From assembly GCA_964016885.1 (NCBI GenBank), contig OZ024740.1, positions 247,504,001 through 247,568,000 on the forward strand: 64,000 bases of DNA, given 5' to 3'. The notes under the pieces were generated by a model. It searched no databases. It was not told where the DNA came from and saw only the letters and a list, made by a program, of their open reading frames with translations. Each line of letters opens with the position of its first letter. Positions within the stretch are counted from its first letter, which is position 1. The stretch is from Eledone cirrhosa. Lineage: Eukaryota. Of this stretch, positions 53,980 to 64,000 are shown in pieces. The position numbers and the translations under genes are program-made.

Positions 53980-56900
53980 TAATCTGCTTCCCACTCTTGA
54001 GCAACCAACGTATAGTTACCCGTATGAAAAGCATGACTCTTCCAAAAGAAGACCAGCAACAGCTAGGGTCTTGCCCTTGATTTTGTTGATAGACATTGCA
54101 AAGCTGACACGAATTGGAAATTGAAGCTTCCGAAAGGAAAATGGAATGGGCGCTACTGATGGAATGAGAGGAACTTGTGGAATGACTACGTCGTCCCCTT
54201 GTCCACTTCCCGAAAGAATAGTAGCCTCGATAAGATGGGGCAGCAATTTTTTTACAACCAGTCGTGTGCCGTTGCATAGCTTTGGTGGCTCCAGATTCCG
54301 AAGCAGCATTATTCCTTTCTTGAGCAGTAATATGTGTGGAGGAAGACCTGGGTCCAATGAGTTCAGAAATTCGGTGGGATAGTTTACCGCCTCATTATGA
54401 TGTATCATTGTGTCAATGGACTTGCATATGTGAAGATGTCCTGGTCGTTCAGCTTGTTAACGGCGGTGTTCTTTGGAGCCAATATTGCCCTATCGCACAA
54501 CCAGTTATGGTTACGGAAGTTTTCTTGCAAATTTGGGAATACTTTGTCTTTGAGCTCCTCGATAGACGAAACAACGGTACAAAGTGTCCAGATCTCCATT
54601 TCCCCTGCCGCGTTAACAGACACACTACCATCGCCAAGTGCCACAACATTTTTAGCAGACTGGGAAGACAGTTGGTCACCGTGAAGTGGAGCTCTCATAT
54701 TAGTGGAAAGAGTGAGAGTCGTAACATGTCGCCATAACGGTGAGGACTTAAGGCACGCTTGTACTTCATCTGCCCTTGTGCCTTTAGGAATGACAGGAAG
54801 AGTCTGCCTAAAATCTCCAGACAGCAGAAGCGTTGCACCGCCAATTGGAGCCTGACAGTCTCTGATATCCTTCAGGCCTTTATCTAATGCCACTAGGCCT
54901 CCTCTGTGAGCCATAATGTACTCATCCCATACGATAAGAATACACCGTCGGAGGACTTGCCCCTGGTCGGAACTCTTACTGATGTTGCAGGATTGCGTCT
55001 CAGAGGACGCTAAATTCAAGTGTAGTTTAAATGTGGAGTGCACTGTTCTACCACCTGGCAGAAAAGTAGCAGCAATCCCAGATGAGGCTGCAGCTAACGT
55101 GATGTCTCCGTGTTGTCTAACTTTCGCGAGGAGGACTTTGATTAAAATGTTTTCCCAGTACCACCAGATGCATCCAAGAAGAAGATGCCGCCGGATCGAC
55201 GGCGCACGTTGTCAACAATACTGTTGTAAGCATTGCGTTGGTCTGGGAGCAGTTGTGGTTCCATTTCATTGATGTATTGGTCAAGAGCAGCTATGTCGTA
55301 AGACGTTTCCCGTAGAACAGCTGTGGGAAGTGTGTCTAATCCTGACCGGAGTGTTTTGGGCAGACCGTATGTGAGCAAATCATTTCCACCAAGTGAAACA
55401 ATCCTGTCTTCTAGGTCGATTAGTGCTCGATTGTAAACCTCTTTACTGGTGGCTTCCATATCGGGGTACTGAAATAGTGCCTGATGTATGTAGTCTTCCG
55501 AAATGTGATCTCTATACTTAAGCCACAAAGAGTTTGGATTACCCATTTCGCACGTTTGAAGTAATACGGCAAACAGAGCCCGTAGACGTTGAGGTGATTG
55601 CGAAGTAGCAGCCTCGAATAATGTCATCCCACTTGCACCATCTTCCAGCAAACCATGTTTGAAGCAGGCTTCCCTGTATGTGCCGCATACACAATCGTTG
55701 ATTGTTCGAAGGTCCTGGAAAGACTGCGGTCTCCTCACTTCATGCAGAAGCAGACGGAGGTAGAAGCATTCGTGGCGATTCGGGTGGACGGTGTAAACTC
55801 TTCCAAGACAACTGTCAAACTTTATGCCGGGATGCCCATCAACAGGATGGCCTGCCCTTCTGCGCACACATTGTTTTCTAGTAAGACGGCACTTGAGGGT
55901 GCAGCAATGTTTGAGCGAACGGATCGTCCTGACAAAGCTTGAAAAAGGCAGTAAGTGTGGTTTCCCGTGGTTCCTCCACAATTTGAGCGGCATTAACATC
56001 GGTGAAGTAGACCCTTTGACCATTTTCCAAGTGGACTGCAAGCTGCTCAATCGAAGGGTGCCTTTGGTGTATGGGAAAGCGGAAAATGCGCCAGAAGGCC
56101 TCGTTGCTGCTGATGTAACGGCCGACTTGATATTGCGTAACCTCAGCCTGGCTGTTGTCCTGTTGAAGGCCGAACATAGCAGCATCTGAACCCTTATTTA
56201 CATACTTGCATATATACTTGATCGATTTGACTGACTTGTAGAACTCCACATTGATATGGCCATTGAAGGTCTTGGATAGGAGTGGGCAGTACGGCACTAT
56301 CCATCTGTTGTCAACTTCATGCTGCTCAACTGCTGCAGTAAAACCACCACCGCCGGGTTTACGTCACCTGTAAAGTGGATATCCGTCAATGCCAGTCTGG
56401 GTTTCTGGCAGAAACTTCCTCGGAAACCGTTTGCTGCATATACTGTCTTTCAAGCAAGGTGAGTTTGAATTAAAACCACGTCCACAGGGGCCGTGCACCA
56501 TGTTTTTATCACTATGTCGTGGAGGTATTTGTCGGTAGATGGATCAGGGATTTCGGCGGAGATGATTTTGTCAATGTCGTTGGAACTGATCTTAGTGGAC
56601 AGCCAAATGAGGATATGAGAATGGGGGAGGCCTCTTTTTTGCCACTCTACAGTGTACATGTCACACTTAACTGTCCACACTTAACTGGTCTTGATGAGTT
56701 CCATGAGGTTGATTAGTTTTAATTCGAAGACTCGGGCCAGGATATCGTGTCGGTCTTTGGCCTGTTGACCCTGGAGGAGTTCTACCTCAATCTCTTTCCA
56801 CTTGGGATTGCACGTAAAAGCTATGAACAGGTCAGGCCTACCGTAATGCCGTACGTAAGTCATAGCGTCTTGCGGCTCTCGTGCATATAGCGCACACTTC

Positions 56901-59482
56901 CGGTGAAAGTGGATGGGAGGATGCAGAGTTTCCCTACGCTGGTGGGAGCTGCATCATTGTTGATGGCATCGCGGAGATGGATGTAGCTCTCGGAGTTGCC
57001 TCTGGTGTGACCGTTGCGAAATCGGTATCCGTCCTCTCCATGCACAAACAGAAGCGGGTACTGAAGGGCATCATAATATCTATGGGTTTCACTTATACGC
57101 TGAAGTGTGTTGTCCCGTCGCCTGAGAACAATGTCTCGTGGGTTGTGCTGATTTCCATGGAGAAGGACAGCGATTTCATTGCAAGAAGGCCTGTTTGAGG
57201 CGTCAACGGCCACATTAAAGTCTTATGCAGGAGCTGATTTCAAGGCATATTTGAAACCACTTTTTAGCATTGCAAAAAGAGCACAATTTTGACATACTCC
57301 CAAGTATCATGTCTGAGTGGCCGCCATAGTCGAAGTCGGGGTTGTACTCGAAGACTTTGAAGTCCCATTGTGAGCTGCATGGCTTTGAAATACCCTGCCT
57401 AAGGGCTCTTCGTTGAGCATTACTTTCTAGTTGATTATCTCGTTCTTGCGAGGCCTGTGTAGCTCGCGCAGCAGCAGTGTTCGCAGTATCATCACTCCGA
57501 CGACTACTACGCTGTTCTTCTGTCTCGGCAGCTCGTGCAGCAGAAGTTGATGCAGCATTAGCACTCCGACGACGTTTTCGCTGGCCTTCTATCTCGGCCG
57601 TCGCGCAGCAGAAGTTGATGTAGCATCAGCGGTTCGACAACGTTTACATCGGCAGCTCATGCAGCATAAGTTGATGCGGCATCAGCGGTTCGGCGAATGG
57701 TTCGTTGGTTGTCTGTTTCAAGTGCTCTTCTGGTGGCAGTACGTTCAGCATCTTGCGACCGTCGAATAGCAGATTCCACTGGCGATTCATTTGCCCGCCT
57801 TGTTCTTTTTCTTGCCGCTTTCGCAGTATTTCGGCCAATGGAGTATCTCTTACTTCGAGTAAATGACCTAAAAGCAGGACAAAGTACACTAAGACTAACT
57901 GGTAGAGTAAGGAGTAAATTCGTCAGTGATGCATGTGATTTCCGAACCGTTGACTCTGTAATTGCTAAGCCAAGAATACCGTCATAACCGGGGCGCGACG
58001 TTATAGCTATGTATCTATCTAAAAAGACAGAGTAAGAAAGAGAGAGGAATGTCGTATTATATATATTATCTATATATATAAAACTGAGGATGTCTGTCTG
58101 TGTGTGTGTGAGTTTTGAATCCCTATAATTCTTAGTCGTTCTCTTTTTAAGTAGATACATACATATAACGTCGGGTCCTTATAATATCTGTCTGTATGTC
58201 TGGCTGTCTGCATTACGTCACTTCCTACAATTCGCTCTGCGTCCAGAACGCGCCCTTATAATATCTGTCTGTATGTCTGGTTGTCTGCTGCCTCCAGTTA
58301 TTCTTCCCCCCTTGCTAAAGACAAATCTCACACTCATTCCCCAAACAGTTGGTAAGTACACACAACTTCTTCCTCGCGTTTTAAGCCACAGCTTGGCTAA
58401 GGTGGTTATATATTTCACACAACACTAAAAATTAAAGCCGGTAAAGAAAAACATCGCTCTAATAGCTTCAGTTTGCTTACTTACGTGCCTTTACGAGAAC
58501 AAAGGTTACTATTTACCGCTTAGTATTGTAGAGAAGCACCAAGCCGACTGTTTTCAAACTTTACTCATGTAATACTTATGTTTCAGGGAGTGTTCTGAGC
58601 AAAAAGAAATTTCAAATTTTCAATGCCCCAGGGACCGCATTAGGCGATTTAGCGATCTCGCTCTATAATTCTTAGTCTTTCTCTTTTAAGATAGATACAT
58701 TCATATAACGTCGCGCCCTTATAATATCTGTCTGTATGTCTGGCTGTCTCTGTGTGTGTGCCTATGAGCTTGAATCCCTAAAACTCGAGAAGTACCCAAC
58801 CGATCTTTTTCAAACTTTACATGTGTATTACTTATATTTCAGGGAGTGTTATGCACATTTTTTATCTCCTAGGGCTCGCATTAGGTGAAAAACTACGTTT
58901 TTAAAGATTTTTAGGGTTTTTTTGAGGCGTTGCGTCAGACCAATTTCCTTGAAATTGTAACTATATACTAGCCAGTCTCTTCTTCATATCGTAAGCAAAG
59001 AGAATCCAACTTTCTTATGGCCTAGGGCCCGCATTAGGTGAAAAACTTCATTTTTTCAGCTTCTTAGGGCTTTTAGGAGGCGTTACGTCTAGCCGATTTT
59101 CCTGAAATTTAAAGGCATATTATGCACATAAAAAAAAATTCATTTATTGATCCCCTAGGGCTCGCATTAGGTGAAAACCTGCATTTTTCCTGCTTCATCG
59201 AGGAAAATCTTAAAGATTATCTAGGCATCAGAGTATTCGGTTTATTTTCTTTACATATTGTCCAGGCATCCAGTTTTTCCACTGCTAGTATATAATAAAG
59301 TACCAGTAATGTACTGGAATAATTTCTGGCCTTGTGCCAAAAGTAGAAACAATTATACATATTTTTTATACAACTGTAAATAACATGTTTCTCTATGTAT
59401 ATATACATATATATGTATGTATGTATAAAGGAATGTTGTAATAAAATGTACAAATCAAACTGTCTCTTATTTATGATACTAA

Positions 59483-59553
<71 letters not shown>

Positions 59554-60206
59554 CACTATATATATATACACACTATATATACATATATACATACACACAC
59601 AGATAGCGAAGTCAGTGTACAGAATTTTGTAATGCAGATATCCAGACATACAGACAGATATTATAAGGGTGCGACGTTTTAGCAAAGTATCTTTCTAAAA
59701 AGACAGGCTAAGAAAGAGAGAGATCGCTAACCGGAAATATTGACATTTGAAAATTGTACAGAAGTGAATATTTAAATAAACAATAAAATATCTTTAATCT
59801 TTTAACTGAATTTAGTAGACAAAAATACCCTCACTTTCTTACTTGGAAAAAGTTACATCTATCAGTCAAGAATATTTTGGAAACATAAGTAATGTATATG
59901 CAAAGTTTTTAAAAAATCGGTTAGGTACTTCTCGAGTTACAGGCCCTAACGCAACCAAAATGCTTAAAAAATCAGTCTTTCGCCAAATGCGGTCCCTGAG
60001 GCAAAAAGTGAGAAAATCTTTTTTGTTCAAAACACTTTAAACGACATAATTGATGCAAATTTTAAAGAAATCGCATGGATTATTGTTCCGTTTTTTTTGC
60101 TCAAATCGCTCACACGACCATAAGTATTACATGTGAAAAAAAATCGGTTGGGTGGTTAACGAGTTTTAGGGAGACAGACAGACATTCTCTGTTTTAGCTA
60201 TATAGA
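53980..60206 (-). mobile_element. Decayed autonomous Helitron (Rep plus PIF1 helicase)
   Basis: Rep motifs YDALQYPL, GRPDLFIAFTCNPKW, VEWQKRGLPHSHIL, SIKYICKYVNKG; helicase motifs [43 protein letters not shown]. Many frameshifts. Probable 5' end TCTATATAGCTAAAACAGAG at ~60206. Confidence 0.92.
58069..59288 (+). mobile_element. Non-autonomous Helitron nested in the 5' region of the larger Helitron
   Basis: Starts TCTATATATATAAAACTGAGGATGTCTGTCTG and ends ccactgCTAG|t; internal subterminal repeats. Confidence 0.6.
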
Positions 60207-60429
60207 TAAGGAAGCTCATGCATACATTCATACACATGGACGTATCCATCAGACATAAGTAAAAAAAATATATATATGCAAACTAAATACACTCATATAT
60301 GCAAACTAAAAATACTGGGATATATATATTATTTTTCCTTTGGTTTTTCTGCGGATATACTTAACATATATATATATATATATATATATGTTAAGTATAC
60401 TGCTATATATATATATATATATATATACA

Positions 60430-61292
60430 CTAGCAGTAAAGCCCTGCGTTGCTCGGGGCTGCTCAGTAGCTGTGTGAAAGTGACAATGTTAAGTTCCTTT
60501 CTTGGCTTAAAAACTGTAAAGTCTACAGTGTAGACTTTCATGTGGTACTTTTGATATTCCCTCAACCAACAGTATGCCTTATGAAGTTATGAAAACATAA
60601 CCATAACCCGAATGTTAAAACAAAAGAGGATGCTGGGTATAAAAACTGCACTGGTAATTTATTAACAAAAATCGAAAATGTAAACACTGCAACACTTGTA
60701 TCAGAGAAAAACATCAGCGTAACCAAACTATCAGTTATTTTGAAACAAAGAAATTGGATGGACATGAAAAAAAAAAATGTGTTATGTGTCTGTCGTTTAA
60801 AATCATTGCTTCTAAATGAAAATCTCATAAGGCTTTATTCGAGATCAATGCTTTTTTTTACAAAATATTTGCTTGTTTTACCATGTATTCAAGTAGGCTT
60901 GTTTTCAAGTAAAAATATTGTTTTAAAAGACTTTTTAATGGAAATGAAGCAAAATGGAAGCTTAATGTTGAAATTTCGAACTCATGAATTTTGCAGGTTA
61001 AAATTTTGCTGGCCCGAAAGCTGTTCGGGTATTTTTGTACTTTTGCACGCGCCAGAATGAGGCCATAAAAGGGAAATAACTATTTATACATTTGAACTGA
61101 AAAATCAATATATTACAAATTCGGTTTTTGCACTTGGTGTGGGTCGATTTGAGAAATTTTTTTGCCGATGTCTCCGACGGATCTTCATCTATAAGTGTAG
61201 CAATTTCACGTACGGTTTAGGAGGAGAATATGTGCCGACCGTTTTAGTAGACAGACAGACAGACAGACAGATAACCTCAGTTTTATATATAT
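60430..61292 (-). mobile_element. Non-autonomous Helitron
   Basis: Minus strand starts tatataaaactgagg...gtctgtct and ends with hairpin cccgagcaacgcaggg plus CTAG. The same 5' end recurs at ~16015-16087. Confidence 0.78.
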
Positions 61293-61294
61293 AT

Positions 61295-61457
61295 TAGTGT
61301 AGTGCCGATCGCCTCGATGTGTTTGGCGTTCGACACCACTACGGTGACATCGTCCGCATATTCTGACACGGATCTTCCGCATCCTAGTTCACGCGGGAAC
61401 CCTCTCAACGTCTCCAGTTTGTGCAGTAATGGCTCGCGAGTCAACACGTACAAGAGG

Positions 61458-61491
<34 letters not shown>

Positions 61492-61810
61492 CTTTCTTTA
61501 TTAACCACAAGGCTTTACATAAAGTAGACATTAAGGACAGTACAGGACAATACAGGACGGTACAAATGGGCATTTCTGCGTGTAAAAAACAAGAAACAGA
61601 GGATGTAATAATAGAACAATGAAAAAAATTCCCCAATAGGGGGAGACTTCCGAGGGACATTCGTGGAGAAAGCCCATTAAAAAGCCACAGTGACCCTGAC
61701 CACCAGGGCAAGTGCCCTCTCCCAGTTTTCCACCTTTAATTTACAGACACATACTCAGAGTAGGCCCATTCACTCGGGCCATTCTTGCCTCTCTCACCCA
61801 TCTTTCAACA
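61295..61810 (-). mobile_element. Tx1/L1 fragments: a short 3' end copy and a duplicated RT segment
   Basis: ~61490-61810 repeats ~61890-62215; ~61295-61460 repeats ~63441-63605; separated by (AAT)n. Confidence 0.85.
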
Positions 61811-61815
61811 AAATG

Positions 61816-61889
<74 letters not shown>

Positions 61890-61891
<2 letters not shown>

Positions 61892-64000
61892 TTTCTTTAT
61901 TAACCACAAGGGTTTACATAAAGTAGACATTAAGGACAGTGCAGGACAATGCAGGACGGTACAAATGGGCATTTCTGCGTGTAAAAAACAAAAACAGAGG
62001 ATGTAACAAAAAATAACAATGAAAAATTCCCCAATAGGGGGGAGACTTCGGAGGGACATTTGTGGAGAAAGCCCAGTAAAAAGCCACAATGACCCTGACC
62101 ACCAAGGCAAGTGCCCTCTCCCAGTTTTCCACCTTTAGTTTACAGATATATACTCAGAGTCGGCCCATTCACTCGGGCCATTCTTGCTTCTCTCACCCAT
62201 CTTTCAACAAAATGCTGGGAAGAGAGCACTTCCTTCTCTACTCTGATTTTCCTTTTCAAATGAAATTTGAAAAAGTCAATCAGAGCATCACCGAAGAGGT
62301 AAGTGCTCGTCTTCAGCCCTTTCAAACGTGTCCACCATACTATCTCTTTCGCCATGGCCACCAGACAGATAAAAACTGCCTGCCCTTCCCGGCTAAAGGA
62401 GGAGGGCGGGGCAATCCTCACGATAGACTCAGATGATAGCTGGATCCGTCCTAAACGCGACAGCAGGTGTTCGACATAAACCCACAAGTCAGCAATTTTC
62501 GGACACTGGACGAGTGCGTGCAGGACGGTTTCGTCGCCCTGCGCGCATCTCGGACATGCCCGGCTGACGGCACCTCCATGCCTGTAGAGTTTATCCCGAA
62601 CTGGCAAGGCTCCTCGGTAGCACTGCCAGGCCAGAGATTTCTGGAAGTTGTCCATAGGCCCCGGCCCGAAAGTTCTTCCGAAGAGATTGGCTAGTTGATT
62701 TTCGTCGACGCCTAGAGTTTCCCCAAGTACGTCGTCGCTCTTCCCCTCCACTAATCCTCTATAGAACGCCGAGGTGGAGTTTCCACCGATCACATTGCCC
62801 GATTGGTCGAGGGCTGTGAGCGCCTGAAGACATTCCAGTCTCCAGGCGCTCCCTCTCGGTCTTCGCTTGACCCAGGACTGCAGCTCCGTCAAGGAAACGA
62901 GCTGGGGAAAAACGCGTCTAGCAAACGGCGACCACACCTGATCACCGTCGAGGAAGAGGTGGAGATGTCGTAGCCTGAGCGCGTGCCTGCGCATCATCAG
63001 CCACGGCATTCCCAGCCCTCCACGTAGCGGGTGTTGACAACAGATGGACCGCCTGACCATCGGAGCACGTCCCTTCCACAAAAAGCGAAAGAGCAAACGC
63101 TCCAGCGCAGTCAGGCGAGGCTTAGGACAAGGTACGACGGTTAGGCGGTAGCAGATGACAGACGCGATGTACGCGTTAGCCACCTCCGCTCGACCTTTCA
63201 GGGATAGCTTCCTCTCCGCCCATTTCTGGGTGAGAGAAGCCACCCTGCTCGTCACCTCGTCCCAGTTTTTGTCCGTCTGGAGGTCCGGACCGAACCAGAC
63301 CCCTAGCAATTTAACCGGTCCGTCCGTCCAGCGCCCGACGACGCTGTTGGACGGCATGGACCTGCCTCTCCAGGTGCCGAGCTGCAGGCCCACTGACTTT
63401 TCCTGGTTGATCATTGCTCCTGTCACCGCTTCGTATTCTCTTAGTGTAGTGCCGATCGCCTCGATGTGTTTGGCGTTCGACACCACTACGGTGACATCGT
63501 CGGCATATGCTGACACGGATCTTCCGCATCCTAGTTCGCGCGGGACTCCCCTCAACGTCTCCAGTTTGTGCAGTAATGGCTCGAGAGTCAATACGTACAA
63601 GAGGGACGAGAGGGGACATCCTTGGCGGACCGAGCGCATGATGTTGAACGGTTCCGACAGGTGACCGTTCACTCTCACCACAGAGCAGATGTCGCTGTGC
63701 ATGGCAGCGATCCAGCCTCTGAAGACGGGCCCAAAGCCAGCCGCCCTCAGGACTGCCGCTAGGTAACGATGGTCGACCCTATCGAAAGCTTTCGACTGAT
63801 CTAAATTGATCAAGGACCCACCCGTGCCAGGTTCCCTAGCTACCCTCTCTACGATGTATCGCATGAGGTGGAGGTTGTCGTGGATGGATCTGTCGGGAAT
63901 GGCGCATGTCTGCGCCTCTCCCACCAGACCACCAACGACAAGCGCCAACCTCTTTGCTAGCACCTTGGCCAAAATCTTAAACTCTGTGTTTAGCAGAGTT
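61890..64000 (-). mobile_element. Tx1/L1-clade LINE with open ORF2 (RT plus C-terminal zinc knuckle), continuing beyond the window
   Basis: Uninterrupted ORF of at least 610 aa: LDQSKAFDRVDH, SVRQGCPLS, AYADDV, KLLGV, GGLGMP, CPRC...H...C; 3' UTR then (ATT)n. Confidence 0.95.

Overview
AT-rich eukaryotic DNA packed with (TA)n, (TG)n and (GA)n microsatellites and almost entirely transposon-derived. The SINE families and repeat landscape suggest a cephalopod (Octopus-like) genome, which is an inference. Mobile content: many Penelope-like elements (PLEs; RT and GIY-YIG fragments), one complete but nonsense-mutated LTR retrotransposon with 5-bp TSDs, a decayed Buster/hAT transposase, a decayed autonomous Helitron plus non-autonomous Helitrons, Tx1/L1, RTE, R4-like and CRE-like LINE fragments, and SINEs. 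Host-like coding pieces: one GH18 chitinase exon, a Ku70 (XRCC6) terminal exon lodged inside the hAT transposase, and an exon encoding a signal peptide plus a cationic amphipathic peptide. The most notable hidden structure is (1) about a dozen hand-folded type I hammerhead ribozymes from several unrelated families, plus mutated copies, mostly in fold-back repeats next to (TA)n, and (2) an LTR element whose primer-binding site is complementary to the first 12 nt of tRNA-Phe instead of a tRNA 3' end. All folds and homologies were judged by eye, and most TE boundaries are approximate.
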